Source: Octopus vulgaris (lineage: Eukaryota). From it: a stretch of DNA of 64,000 nucleotides. Within the stretch, counting starts at the first letter, position 1, and each line of letters opens with the position of its first letter. The position numbers and the translations under genes are program-made. This document shows positions 26,381 to 39,839 of the stretch, one piece after another. The stretch is taken from assembly GCA_951406725.2 (NCBI GenBank), contig OX597819.1:59396001-59460000 (forward strand), read 5' to 3'. The notes under the pieces were generated by a model. The model was not told the DNA's origin. It saw only the letters and a list, made by a program, of their open reading frames with translations, and ran no database searches.

Positions 26381-26760
26381 CTCTTTTACTTGTTTCAGTC
26401 ATTTGACTGTGGCCATGCTGGAGTCGAGCAAATTGACCCCAGGACTTATTCTTTGTAAGCCTAGTACTTACTCTATCGGTCTCTTTTACCGAACTGCTAT
26501 GTTACGGGTACGTAAACACACCAGCATCGGTTGTCATGCAATGGTGGGGTTACAAACACAGACACACAAACATATACACACACACACACACACACATATA
26601 CATATATACGACCGGCTTCTTTCAGTTTCCAAATCCACTCACAAGGCTTTGGTCGGCCCAAGGCTATAGTAGAAGACACTTGCCCAAGGTGCCACACATT
26701 GGCACTGAACCCGGAACCATGTGGTTCGTAAGCAAGCTACTTACCACACAGCCATTCCTA
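26381..26760 (-). mobile_element. SINE family A, full length
   Basis: Homologous to 2385, 33100, 41232. Confidence 0.85.
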
Positions 26761-26779
26761 TTATTATTTTTATTTAGTA

Positions 26780-27890
26780 ACCTCAAATGCCACTGAAATC
26801 TACTTTGCCTTCCATCCTTCCAGGATCAATGAAATAAGTAGCAATTGAGTACTGGGATCGTAATCAATTAGCCCCATGCCCCAAAATTTCTGTCTTGTGC
26901 ATGTAGTAGAAAGGAATATTATTTAGTAGCATACGATCATTAGAGCATCAGAAAAAATGCTTTGTGGTATTCATTTGTTCTGATTTTTATGTTCTAAATT
27001 CAAATCCCACCAAGATCAGCTTTGCCTTTTATCCTTCCAGGATTGACAAAATAAAGTCCCAGTCATTCACTGGGGTTGTCTTTAATTGACGAGACTCCTC
27101 TCTCTCTAGATTTGTGGCCAAGCTGGTGGAATCATTAGTATGCCGGGTAAACTGCTTAGTGGCATTTCATTCCAAGTTCAAATACCACCAGGTCAGCTTT
27201 ACCTTTCAGGATTGATAAAATAAATACCAGTTTAGCTCTAAGGTCGATGTAATCAACTAACTTCTTCCTCCAAATTTTCAGGCCTTGTGCCTATAGCAGA
27301 AAGGATTATTATTATTATGGATAAGGTGTGAAGGTAAATGGCTCAGTGGTTAGAGCGTCGAGCTTATGATCGTGAGATTGTGAGTTCAATTCCCAGACTG
27401 GGCTGCATGTTGTATTCTTGACCAAGACACTTTATTTCAAGTTGCTCCAGCTAACTCAGCTGTAGAAATGAGTTGTGACATCACTGGTGCCAAGCTGTAT
27501 CAGCCTTTGCCTTTCCCTTGGATAACATCAATGGCATGGATAGGGGAGGCTGGTATGGATGGGTGACTGCTGGCCTTCCACAAACAACCTTGCCCGGACT
27601 TGTGCATTGGAGGGTAACTTTCTGGGTGCAATCCCATGGTCATTCATGACCGAAGGGGGCAGGGTCTCCTCATGGTTTAGGTAGCAAGCTGGCAAAAATC
27701 ATTAACATACCAGACAAAATGTTTAGTGGTATTTCATCCATCTTTATATTCTAAGTTCGAATTTTGTGAAGATTGACTCTGCCTTTCATCCTTTTGGAAT
27801 TAATAAAATTAGTACCAGTTGAGCACTGGGGTCAATGTAATTGACTAGCCCTGCCCACCAAAATTTCTGGCCTTGTGCCTATTGTAGAAA
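26780..27890 (+). mobile_element. Cluster of degenerate SINE B copies with a nested tRNA-headed SINE (27335-27660)
   Basis: Repeated tttgcctttcatcc...aagtaccag core; tggctcagtggttagagc...gagttcaattccc A/B boxes. Confidence 0.7.
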
Positions 27891-28054
27891 AAGCTGTTCA
27901 AAAACTGCCTTTACTAAGCTCTTCATTATTGTCAAAATTAATTGTGTATTTCAACAGAAATATAACAAAAGGGTTAAAAGTCAATAGCAGAATATAAACA
28001 GATGTTAAAAGGTATTACAATTCATGATTTATAATTTTGGTTTATTTACTTTAA

Positions 28055-28432
<378 letters not shown>

Positions 28433-28780
28433 TGAAAGCACTCGCACACTAGAAAAAACTTCTTCCCAAAAAAGTTACTAACATTCTGATAAAAGATTTC
28501 ATAACATTTTTTTTTTAAGTAATTTTTTTTTAAATATCACCTTTGCACTTCAAAAAACTGTATTAAGTAATTCTCATAGACTTTCAAATATCATCATTAT
28601 CATCGTTTAACGTCCACTTTCCATGCTAGCATGGGTTGGACAATTTGACTGAGGACTGGCTCCAATCTGATCTAGCAGAGTTTCTACAGCTGGATGCCCT
28701 TCCTAATGCCAACCACTCCGAGAGTGTGGTGAGACTTTCAAATATATATATATATATTTATATATATATATATATATATA

Positions 28781-29025
28781 TGAGTGAGTGGTCAAACAAA
28801 AGAAAGAGCATTCAACACATTTATTGGGAGTTATATGTATTATTCAAAACAGTTTGATTCAGATTCTGTGCTACTTCAAGTTTCACAAGGCCCCTAACAC
28901 AGCCTGTTTCCTCAGGCTGGTGGAATATGGCTTGGATATTGCTCCAGATTGAGGAGACAGGCTCCATTAGGGGCCTGCAAAAGTTAAAGTAGCACAGAAT
29001 CTGAATCAAACTGTTTTGAATAATA
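28781..29025. mobile_element. Fold-back insertion in (TA)n
   Basis: 39-bp perfect inverted arms (from 28838 / to 29025), continuing imperfectly inward. Confidence 0.6.
28870..28917 (-). ncRNA. Degenerate hammerhead motif
   Basis: gc-CUGAGGA-aacaggc(loop)gccuugu-GAAA cu(uga)ag U A-gc; stem I only 2 bp. Confidence 0.4.
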
Positions 29026-29305
29026 TATATATAGTGTGTGTGTGTGTGTGTTAGAAGTGTTTGAGACTTCAAAGATACTGTCTCTCTACATTTTTATCTA
29101 ATAAATTATCCAGACTCTGCATCTGTAGCAAATCTTTTTTTTATCATTGAATGTTACCGGTTTTTATTCATTTTTCTTTTAAAAATATTGATTTAGAATC
29201 CACATTGCTGCTTGTACCAGATGATGTAATGTAAACCATAAGATTAAGTAATCCATGCCAGCATGGAAAAACTGCATCAAAATGATGGGGATAAAATGTG
29301 TGTGC

Positions 29306-29347
<42 letters not shown>

Positions 29348-30019
29348 TTGTTGATTTTTCATTGTTATATTCAAGATATCATACATAAGTGGCTTATCTC
29401 ATTTTTGAGTTTTGTTAAAGTTAAGTAACGTATCAAATGCTTGGATAAAAAGTACACTTTCTGAGCATACTGTAGAACAGTTTGTCTTCGGACCACACTA
29501 CCTACTCCACCATGCAGTTTTGACTGGGGTGTATTATGGCAATCAAGGCTTGTTGCACTTCATCTGTTCTTCAACCAATTTATTTATGGTTGAGCATTTT
29601 GGCAGCTTAGAAAAACAGGTTATTAAGCTCAGTAGATGCAGATTGGTTTTCACTCTTTAGAATCTTATGAAGTAGGTTGGCAATCCAGAAGGAAGTAAAT
29701 TCTGTGCTGCAATTAATGTTGCAACTATTTTGATATGTATACTTTATATTAGACTAGGTCAAGTTGGAGAAATAGTGATTCAAGGATGTTTTTGTGATAG
29801 TATTCTGAGCTGTGATTGTTTAGACATTCAGTTAAAGGATTTGTGTTACTGGATCATATTGTAACCACACAATGTTTTCTTTCCATGTCAAAATGATTTT
29901 TTTAAAATTATACATAGATTTTGTTGGAGAAACTGTTATCTTTCCCATTAAAAATACACATAAATAATAAACATTCTTATTTTTTGAACTATTATTCTTC
30001 ATCATCATCATTATTATCA

Positions 30020-30245
30020 TGGGATGAGGTGGTGAAGCATGACCTTCAAACATTAGGCCTCACCGAGGCAATGACTAGTGGCCGGGACCTTTGGAAATAT
30101 ACTGTGCTTGAGAAGGCCCGGCAAGCCAAGTGAGACCATAACCTCGTGGCCTATGCCAGGGGTGTGACCAGCCCACTCTGCTTGCGAAGACCTGTTGAGG
30201 CAAGTGAAATCGAAATCAAATTCGATGACTGGCATCTGTGCTAGA
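30020..30245 (+). mobile_element. RTE internal fragment
   Basis: WDEVVKHDLQTLGLTEAMT..RDLW, same family as 21960-22060. Confidence 0.8.
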
Positions 30246-30678
30246 CTCTGGCCCTTGTGTATGTTTAACTAGAGTGAGGCAAATGCAAGGATGAGAATGT
30301 TATATGAAAATATTTTAATTACAGATAAACTAATGTCTAAGCTGAGTTTGGATTTGAAAGGGATGAAGAACTGAAAGTGTTTGTAGATTCAATATGTTTG
30401 TAGGGGACACTGGTGTGAGGAAGAGCTTAGCTTCTGCATGCTTTTGAAACTGGCAGATGTTTTTGACTTCTGCACCTGGTGGTGTTAGCAAAACGAAGAA
30501 GATGAGGAGAATTATTTGTACTGAAGTCAGTGAAGACTGTAATTTTAAAGAAGGTGGAGTTGGGGTGGATGCTGTTAAGAAAGGACAAATAATTGAATAA
30601 TTGCTGATGACTGAAATATCCTTTAATTGCGAGAGAAATGCCATTGGGTTGGCAAGAAGTAGAGTGGAAAGTAGAAGT

Positions 30679-30892
30679 AAAGGCGGCAAGCTGGCAGAAA
30701 CGCTAGCAGGCCGGGCAAAATGCTTAGCAGTATTTCGTCTGCTGAGTTCAAATTCCGTCGAGGTCGACTTTGCCTTTCATCCTTTCGGGGTCAATTAAAT
30801 AAGTACCATTTACGCACTGGGGTCGATATAATCGACTTAATCCATTTGTCTGTCCTTGTTTGTCCCCTCTGTGGGCAGTAAAGAAATAAGAA
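30679..30892 (+). mobile_element. SINE family B
   Basis: aaggcggcaagctggcagaaacg head, ggtcgactttgcctttcatcctttcggggtc core (resembles Meta/MESC-type domain), gtaaagaaataag tail. Confidence 0.8.
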
Positions 30893-31006
30893 GTAGAGTG
30901 GATAGTTGCAATGGATGTCTTATGTAGGAATGGCAAGCAAGTAGCATAACATGTGCAAGAACTTATGTCTTTATTTGTTACAAAACACCTTCATCTTCCC
31001 CTTCAG

Positions 31007-31158
31007 GTAAACAAGAGAAAAGCAGTATGGTGTCATTACACTGGAAATGGCAACCTGTGAAGCAGTCTGGCTTTTGTCCTGACCCACGAAGCAGTATGCC
31101 TTCCGTTGTGGTACCAGGTTCAAATCATGCCATATGCTTTGGTGGAGTCTATGATGAT
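31007..31158 (+). CDS. KLHDC4: KLHDC4 coding exon 8 (KQEKSS...WKWQPVKQSG..PDPRS...FGGVYDD)
   Basis: cttcag acceptor, GTAAGT donor; 152 nt, phase 1->0. Confidence 0.92.
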
Positions 31159-31691
31159 GTAAGTATTTCTAAAAAATTTCCAAAATATTTGGTTCATCTT
31201 CTTCACCTTCTTCACATAGTGTTGTTTCATTTTAAAATAGTTTATGTGAAACAAATTCATAACCTATCATATTTTGTCTTATATTTGCATTTCACAAAAC
31301 AAGAATAGAATATTTGTACAAGTTGTGTTGCTCCATTGTCATTGAGGCTAATTTTATTAAAACAATATATCTTAAATCTTGTATTCTAAATAAAAAAATT
31401 TTTAAGAAAAATATCAAATATTTCTTTAATTAGGAACTATAGAACCAAAGTGCTCATGATGATATTACAGAGGGTTCTCAGTGATTTCAATTTCATTTAC
31501 ATTGCTAATGCCATTTCAAAGAGTGAGAATGTCATAACTTGACAATTCCATCTTCCATGAATATGAAGCAAAATTTTTGATGATAGTTTTTGAGTTCAAA
31601 TTTACTAGTAGTATATCCTACTTAGTAATTTATGTTATTTTACATTACTTCAATTTATCTTGATGGGGAATAGATATGAGGAAAATTAATA

Positions 31692-31868
31692 AAATTTGAT
31701 AAAAGAAAACTGTGCAGAAGCTCATTGGATAATGTGCTTATTCTTGGTTGGTAAACCATAAAATCAGTGTCTAGAACTTTCTTTTCATATCACTACCTCT
31801 GATACCAATTAAGTTCATCTTCCTTTTTGTTTTGTTTTACTGTTTTTATGTCATTAATAATTGTTTAA
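31692..31868 (+). repeat. Local duplicate of 34613-34790
   Basis: ~177-bp highly similar direct copy in intron 8 vs intron 10. Confidence 0.9.
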
Positions 31869-32133
31869 GGAAAATTATGTGCAATAAATTAGCATATTAT
31901 CCAGAAAAAAATTTTTTTTTCTGTAGCATGATAAAAGTAATGGAGGATAGTTACAGTCTTTGACACCAACATCCAAGTGAGAGGGAGAGTTGCATGTTTA
32001 TATAGATTTACAAGTGCAGACTTCATCTTTTGAAAAGAAGTCAATGTGGCTAGATAATTCATGTTTTTAAATCTTGTTTACTCCCTAATATACTCCTTTG
32101 CATTAATCTTTTAACAATGTCCTGTTGTTTTAG

Positions 32134-32225
32134 GAAGAAAATGAAGAAAGCATCACCAGTAAATTCTTTAATGATTTATATTCCGTTGATCTTGAGAAGG
32201 CTTACTGGAACAAAATATCAATCAA
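32134..32225 (+). CDS. KLHDC4: KLHDC4 coding exon 9 (EENEESITSKFFNDLYSVDLEKAYWNKISI)
   Basis: ttttag acceptor, GTATGT donor; 92 nt, phase 0->2; FFNDLY motif. Confidence 0.93.
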
Positions 32226-32391
32226 GTATGTCTTATTTTCTAAACTTGATATCAGTGTTAAAATGCTTTGAGTCACTTCACTGTAGCTAATATACTACAT
32301 TGTGTATATGTCTACATCATCGTCATAAGCTAAATCTGTCAGCCAACATTCTTCACAATCGCACATAACTTATTTCATTTACTATACTATT

Positions 32392-32702
32392 AAACAATTG
32401 CAGTATGGAAGGTGTTTATAAGCCATTTAAGAAACACACAAAATCCATTAGATTCACTTCAACATTTAAATTTAATTTGTCAAAATATTTTCGTCGCTGA
32501 CAAAATTCAGCATGGAATTTTGTCAGTGAACAGGTCACGGTCTCAAAGCGACAAAAATATTTCGACAAATTAAATTTAAATGTTGAAGGGAATCTCACGG
32601 ATTTTGTGTGTTTCTTAAATGGCTTATAAACACGTTCCACGCTGCAATTGTTTTCGTTCCAGCACACATTCTCAGATCAGGTCACTTGCTATGCAAGTAC
32701 AT
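32392..32702. mobile_element. Fold-back element family H1, copy 2 (KLHDC4 intron 9)
   Basis: Same arms and tail (ttcgttccagcacac...atgcaagtacat) as copy 1; different inversion breakpoint. Confidence 0.65.
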
Positions 32703-33099
32703 CATAATATATTATTAAATGTTGTGTAAAATAACAAAATAGTGAAGATGGAGAGCTTTTTACTATGTGAAAAGGAAACCCTTATCTATTTCAACTACAA
32801 AGGCTCTGCATCAGAAGTAAACAGTCAAAAAATGTGAGTACAACCATGTTGATCATTGTGTGGACAACAACTCTTGTGGTATCCATGTGAGTGGTGATGG
32901 CAGCGATAGGCATTAACAGCAGCCATTCCCCAAATGGTGCCACTATTGGTGGCAGAGTTCATAGTAGGAACAGTGGTAGTGTACTCACAACTCATACAGA
33001 CACCACAGGGTTGCTGTCTAAACAATAATAATCAATATGGTCAGAATTTTACAAGACTTAGATTTGCTTTTGATGAACTTTTCTGCCTAAAATATATAT

Positions 33100-33517
33100 A
33101 GGTACAGGAGTGGCTGTGTGGTAAGTAGCTTGCTTACCAACCATATGGTTCTGGGTTCAGTCCCACTGCGTAGCACCTTGGGCAAGTGTCTTCTACTGTA
33201 GCCTCGGGCCGACCAAAGCCTTGTGAGTGGATTTGTTAGACAGAAACTGAAAGAAGCCTGTCATATATATGTGTATGTATGTGTATATATATATGTGTGT
33301 GTGTGTGTGTGTTTGTGTCTGTCCCCCAACATCGCTTGACAACCAATGCTGGTGTATTTACGTCCCCGTAACTTAGTGGTTCGGCAAAAGAGACCAATAG
33401 AATAAGTACTAGGCTTACGAAGAATAAGTCCTGGGGTCGATTTCTTTGATTGAAGGTGGTGCTCCAGCATGGCCACAGTCAAATGACTGAAACAAGTAAA
33501 AGAGTAAAGAGAGTAAA
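33100..33517 (+). mobile_element. SINE family A, full length
   Basis: Head ggtacaggagtggctgtgtggtaag, tail (aagagta)n. Confidence 0.85.
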
Positions 33518-33658
33518 GATTGTTACACTTTTCCTTTTTTACATTGTAAGAAGTTCTCTGTCTTCACTATTTCGATATTTTACTTCTTTATCACAATACT
33601 CCAACTCAGGTGCAACACCCTTCTTACATATTGTGGTTTTTGTTATATTTTTCATTAG

Positions 33659-33815
33659 TGAAAAGAAGACAACAGGTGAGAAGAAGCGCCGTAAAAAACA
33701 AGAAGATGAATGTGATGAAGACAAAAGTTCCGACGATGAAGCAAAAACTGAAGATTCTGCTGATAATGCTGCAGCAGATTTGGAACAGTTAGAATTAAAA
33801 GAGCCTGTCGAAAAG
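33659..33815 (+). CDS. KLHDC4: KLHDC4 coding exon 10 (EKKTTGEKKRRKKQ + acidic linker)
   Basis: cattag acceptor, AAG|GTGATT donor; 157 nt, phase 2->0; KKRRKK basic patch as in KLHDC4. Confidence 0.9.
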
Positions 33816-35529
33816 GTGATTATTTTGAAAAGCTGTTTTGCATTCACTTTTTCATTCTAACATAGATGACATACTCCAAGACATTTTAATAATGGAATAT
33901 AAATTGCTGAAGAATTGGTTTTAACAGTGAGATGCTCTTCATTTCTGATATTAGCACAAGGCCACACATTTTTTAGGGAGCAAGTATAGTTCATTAAATT
34001 GACTCCAATATCTCACTGATACTTTTTGTTGACTGAAGAAGAATGAAGGGCAAAGTTGACCTCTTCAAGACTTGAACACAGAATGTAAAGATCCATAACT
34101 AACTGCAAAACATTATGTCTGATGCTGTTATGATCCTGCCACACTACTGATGTAGTGCTCCTCCTAATGTTAACTGCTCAGCTGTGAAATAAGACTAGCA
34201 ACCACTTTAGCTGAACAGACTGCACAATAACATATCTCATTACAGCCCAGATCACGATTTTATTTTCTTATGTAGTAAGAGGAGGAAATACAACATCCAT
34301 GGCCTTTTACAAAACTTCTGAGACTCATGGGAAGAAAAGGGGAAGTTGTCTTCGGACCTGAAACTAGGCTTGGATACTTACTATAGAATGAACCCTGCTA
34401 AAAGCACCCAAGAGTCAAGTGGTGGTGTTAAATCAGGTAATGGATTAAGTCTGGTAAAAATTGCTTGAACACTGAGGGAATGAGCATAGGCATGTCCATG
34501 TGATTAAAAGCTTATTTCACAACCCATGTTGTTCTGGGTTCAGTCCTACTTCATGGCACTCTGGGCAAGTGTTTCCTACAATAGCTCCAAATGAACCAAA
34601 GCCTTGTGAGTGAAATTTGATAAAAGAAAACTGTGCAGAAGCTCATCTGATAATGTGCTTATGCTTTGTTGGTAAACCATGAAATCAGTGGTCTAGAACC
34701 TTCTTTTCATATCACTACCTCTGATACCAATTAAGTTCATCTTTCTTTTTGTTTTGTTTTACTGTTTTTAGGTCATTGATAATTGTTTAATATTGGTTTC
34801 AAATTTTGGCACAAGGCCAACAATTTCAAAGAAGGAGGTAAGGTGATTACATCAACCCCAGTCCTTAACTGGTACTTATTGATCTCAAAAGAATAAAAGG
34901 TAGAATTTGAACACAGAGTATAAAGACAGACAAAATGCTGCTAGGCATTCTACCAGCTCGCTTCTGTATAATAATTTTTTAATATTAGGGTCTTTTGTAT
35001 AGGTGTGAGCCCTTACTCTCAATGTATTACTGTTATTTATTTCATTAACCTTGCTGCTAACAGAATCAAAAGTAAAGTTAACATCAACCAGATTTAATTT
35101 TGTCTTTCAAATTTGAAACAAAAAATTGGTATTTTACATATGTAAATATTGAGTGCATAGGTGCAAATGACTGAATGCTGTATTAAGCATTACACTGCAC
35201 CTAGTTTGGTACCACATGGTTCTGAGCTGAAATTCCACACAACTACTAACTATACTTTTCATTTCCCTAGGATCAATAACATTTGATACTAGTAATGTAG
35301 TATTGTTGAGTCAATAGTTTACACTTGTTTTTTTTTTTTCAACCAAAGCAAACTTACCAAAAAATAGAATTCATTAAAATTGTATTGTTAATGTCTCAAA
35401 TTAGTCTTGAATGCTATTGATCAATAATGCAACTTTGGTTTTAATTTGCTTTTGTAAAGCCTAGTGTGCTGATCCCCAATTTAACCAGACATTTCAGGAA
35501 TATTTACCAAATTTTTTTAATAGGGCTTC

Positions 35530-36043
35530 ATGGAGGTAGTGACATCAAGCCAAGTGAGATCGTAGTCATGGCCGATGCCAGTGTTGCGTAACTTGCCCAT
35601 TAAAAGCATTCTTCAATCATTGGGCGATATGCTGTGCTTGTGAAGACCTGTCGAACCAAGTGAAATTGTAGCCACAGTTGATGCCAGTGCCATTTAACTG
35701 GCACCTGTGCTTGTGGCATGTAAAAAGCACCAATCAAGCATTGGGCCTAATGGAGGTAGTGACAGGTGACCATGACTTTTGGCAATATACTGTGCTTGTG
35801 TAGATCTGTCAAACCATAGTCGTGGCCAATACTGGTGTCAGGTCACTGGTACCTGTGTTGGTGGTGTGTAAAAAGACACTCACTACACTCTTGGAGTGGT
35901 TGTCATTAGGAAGGACATCCAGCCATAAGAACTTTACCAAATCAGATCAGAACCTGGTGCAGCCCTGCCAGCCTATCAGTTTTCAGTCAAACCCTCCAAC
36001 CCATGCCAGCATAGAAAGCAGGCATTAAATGATGATGATGATG
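35530..36043 (+). mobile_element. RTE 3'-UTR fragment
   Basis: Tandem units and (GAT)n tail. Confidence 0.7.
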
Positions 36044-36384
36044 TCTAATCAAGAATTTCTTTGAGATTTCATGGAAAATTGATATATTTTTTAAAACACT
36101 AAGGCAACAGGCTGACAGAATCGTTAATGCATTGAACAAAATACTAAATGGAATTTCTTCCAGCTCTATATTCTCAGTTTAGATTGCACCAAAATTGACT
36201 TTACCTTTCACTTTTTGGGGAGTTATTACAATAAAGTACCAGTCAGGTGCTGGGATCAATGTAATTGAGGGGTACCCTTACCTGTGCCAAAATTTGAAAC
36301 TATATTTTTTTTAAAGTTGTATGTTTTAGTTGTTGATGTTTTATTATGTAGAAGATTTCAAGGGGTTTTAATATTTTTTTTTAG

Positions 36385-36669
36385 GTATCTACAAGCAGTG
36401 ATGGTGTATTTACTGTGGTCATAGGACCAAGTTCTGAAACAGCTTCCGGTCTCACAGAATCTGATAATCCATCTTCAAATACATTTGATCCGTTTATGCC
36501 ATCTCCAAGAATGAACTGTTTATTAGCAATCACAGGTGGTCAGCTTTATTTATATGGAGGTCTCTTCGAAGATGGTGACGCACAGATTACTTTGTCTGAC
36601 TTTTATTCTTTGGATCTCAGCAAGAAACACAAGTGGAATACAATTATTGAAATGGATACTAAAAAGCTG
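36385..36669 (+). CDS. KLHDC4: KLHDC4 coding exon 11 (DGVFTVVIG...PSPRMN...LYLYGGLFEDGDAQITLSDFYSLDL...W)
   Basis: tttttag acceptor, CTG|GTAAGT donor; 285 nt, phase 0->0; last kelch repeat. Confidence 0.95.
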
Positions 36670-36928
36670 GTAAGTGGTCAATCAAATGCCTAGCAGTAAT
36701 TGTTAGTGATTCCCAACGGGAAAGGAGATAATTTCAACTTCATAAAAAAAGGTCCTGGCATGGTGGTGTCGTAAGAAGTTTGCTTTCCACTTCTTATTAG
36801 TGTTCCCACGTTCAACTCCACTGTGCGGTACTTTGGGCAAGTGTCTTGCACTATGGCCCCCAAGTCAAGCAAAACCTTGTGAGTGGATTTGGTAAATGGA
36901 AATTAAAGATGCCTGGTATGTGTGTGTA

Positions 36929-36960
<32 letters not shown>

Positions 36961-36964
36961 CATG

Positions 36965-37185
36965 TTTCCATGACTTTCGGAAACATTTTTTCACGCTCAG
37001 AGTTGCTGAAGCATGGAATAAACTGCCTGCGTCAGTTGTTGACTGCCATGACACTGCATCCTTTAAGGCCCTCATGCTTTCCGAAATCCGCCGAAACTAC
37101 ACCTGATTATATATACACTTTAGATGAGTTGTAGTGCACCTGAGCACTGTACACAATTATTATTATTATTATTATTATTATTATT
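36965..37185 (+). mobile_element. CR1/L2-like LINE 3' end
   Basis: FRKHFFTLRVAEAWNKLPASVV...SFK then (ATT)n. Confidence 0.8.
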
Positions 37186-37289
37186 TTATATATATGTATT
37201 GTCCTGTACTTATCTCTGTATGTTTACCCTATTTTTCACTTGTTGATGATATCCTGTACTTAATGTGTATTTTTAATTAATTATATATC

Positions 37290-37475
37290 TGTGCCGGTGG
37301 CACATAAAAAGCGCCCACTACACTCATGGTGTGGTTGGCGTTAGGAAGGGCATCCAGCTGTAGAAACATTGCCAGATCAGACTGGGCCTGATGCAGCCTT
37401 CTGGCTTCCCAGACCCCAGTTGAACCGTCCAACCCATGCTAGCATGGAAAGCGGACGCTAAACGATGATGATGAT
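37290..37475 (+). mobile_element. RTE 3'-UTR fragment
   Basis: Family match, (GAT)n tail. Confidence 0.8.
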
Positions 37476-38660
37476 GTATGTATGCATATGTAGTCAATAA
37501 AACATATATCAGAAAAGAAGTACACTCCAAAGAATAGAGCAGTAATTATTAAAACAAAAAGTTAAATTCTAGTCATAGAGTTACCAAAGTTTTCATATCC
37601 ACAAAGCCAAAGCCTTGGGGACAGCTCAAGCTGTTCACAAGGCTTTGGGTTTCGTGGATACAAAACCTTTGGTAAACTTTATGAGCAGAATTCAACTTTT
37701 TGTTTTAATGTGTGTGTGTGTTACTAGCAGTCTGTCAGTTACAATGACAAATGTTCCAATTTATCTTTTTCAACAGAACAGCTTGGTCGTGAAATTAATG
37801 TGCAAATGGCTGAACACTTTACTGACATGTGCCCTTAACGTAGTTCTGGCCCTTTGAAATACAAGTACCACTCATCTTTGCCAGCTGAATGGACTGGAGC
37901 AACATGAAATAGAGTGTCTTGCTCAAGGACACAGTGCACCACTCATGACATTATGATCATGAACTGAGTAAACCAACCACTGAGCCACGTGCCTTCATTA
38001 CATGCATTGTCTCTTCTATTTTTTAATTATTATAAATCTTCCACTGAGGTGGGAGTCGTTTTCCATTCAAGATACAAAGCTCTCCATTTTGATATGTAGC
38101 TCACACAGACAAATTCGCATTTGGAAATTGAGAAGAGTCATGCATAGTTTTACTGTTCCACTCACAGATTGGACTTGTAATGTACGAATCAGCCAGTCTC
38201 TGTATGTATGTATGTATATATGTACGTACGTACGTCTGTCTGTCATTTTCTACTCCTTCAAGAATTTTTTTCTTCAATTGGGAGAATATTGTATGTATGT
38301 CAAGTACATTGTCCCTTGACTTACTAAGTCCAAGCCATTAACTCTCTCTTGAGTTATTTCCCCTTAGCTCATTTTATTAGCCTTTAATTACGTAATTTAG
38401 TACTTAGCTTCAGCTCATTCAAAATTGAATTTATTAAAATTCACACATTGAGATTCTAATATACTTTTATTAACTGATATACTCCCATTTAGCCCCTGAA
38501 TAAGCTGTTGTTCTTGAATATAAGTCCACATTGGCTACCATAACACTTAATCAGAACACATATTGAAGGATAATGTGAATAAAGGTAGATAATTATCTGT
38601 TGTAATTCAGATGTGTCTCTATTACCAAGAAGCTTATAAAATTTCCTTTTCTTGTTGCAG

Positions 38661-38718
38661 GAATGGGAGGAATCAGATTCTTCAGATGATGATAAAGAAA
38701 GTGACAGTTCGGATACTG
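38661..38718 (+). CDS. KLHDC4: KLHDC4 coding exon 12 (EWEESDSSDDDKESDSSDT)
   Basis: ttgcag acceptor, G|GTAAGT donor; 58 nt, phase 0->1; EW + acidic tract. Confidence 0.9.
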
Positions 38719-39097
38719 GTAAGTCAATGTGAACTATTCATTCAGTAATCAGTCTTTGCTTTCTTATTTAAATACTAGCTATAGATATCAAACAATCAGC
38801 AAATTCCTTACAATGTGAAAATGACAAAAGCATTCACTCCGCTGAATTATAAAGTCTACTGGATCTTGAATTACAGGTTCATACATATTGCAAGGATTTT
38901 CCAGTACATCTTGGCAGGGCCCTTAGCCAGATATTTTGGGACATACTTTTAATGAATTGAGGTGTATATCTTGTTTTAATGTTGAATCTTTTAAAGATAA
39001 GTGCTGTAAAACAAAGGTAAGTTTTTGGTGTGCCAAAGCTGCAATATAGTTACAGTTTCACTCCTGAAGACAGTTTGTTTCACTTATGTTGCCTATC

Positions 39098-39418
39098 ATC
39101 ATCGTTTAACGTCCACTTTCCATGCTAGCATGGGTTGGAAGATTTGACTGAGGACTGGTGAACCTGATGGCTGCACCAGGCTCCAATCTGATCTGGCAGA
39201 GTTTCTACAGCTGGATGCCTTTTCTAATGCCAACCACTCCAAGAGTATAGTGGGTGCTTTTACGTGCCATCGGCATGAGGGCCATTTAGGCAGTACTGGC
39301 AACGGCCACACTCAAGTGGTGTTCTTTATGTGCCACCTGCACAGGAGCCAGTCCAGCAGCACTGGCAACGACCTCGCTCAATTGCTTTTTCACGTGCCAG
39401 TAAGGCAACACTGGTAAC
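39098..39418 (-). mobile_element. RTE 3'-UTR fragment
   Basis: Family match. Confidence 0.8.
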
Positions 39419-39839
39419 TGTTGCCTTAGAAAAAGCTAAGATGTAAGACTTCATGATTAACATGATGAAGCCTTTCATCTGACATCCACAAGGCCTCTTT
39501 AAAATCCAACATCAGCTTTGCCATGGTTTCTACAGCTGTATGCCAACCACTTTACAGAGAGTAGAAAGTGCTTCTTTTCGTGAGGACGTCCCTATTCACT
39601 CTCCTCTTGCCTTCTTACAACTACTACCTACTCCCTCTCTCATTTTTCTGTGTCTACACTCTCTTCTGTACATCTCTTGGACATGTTGCCATGACTGTAT
39701 GTTCAGGCATTTCATTGTCACCATATTTACTTCAGTTTGAGCCCCATTTCTGCCCCACCACCCATCCATGTAAAATTCGAGGTAGCCAATTTGAGGTACA
39801 AACAGTAAATCTGTTCCTGTTTCCCCCAGCATACTTTAA

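Noticed and set aside
27338-27410. tRNA gene (also the heads of SINE A copies)
   Set aside because: A/B boxes present but no intact cloverleaf, and sequence continues into SINE body
31692-31868. Duplicated intronic C/D snoRNA
   Set aside because: CTGA present but no RTGATGA box C in either copy; 5' part is SINE-derived
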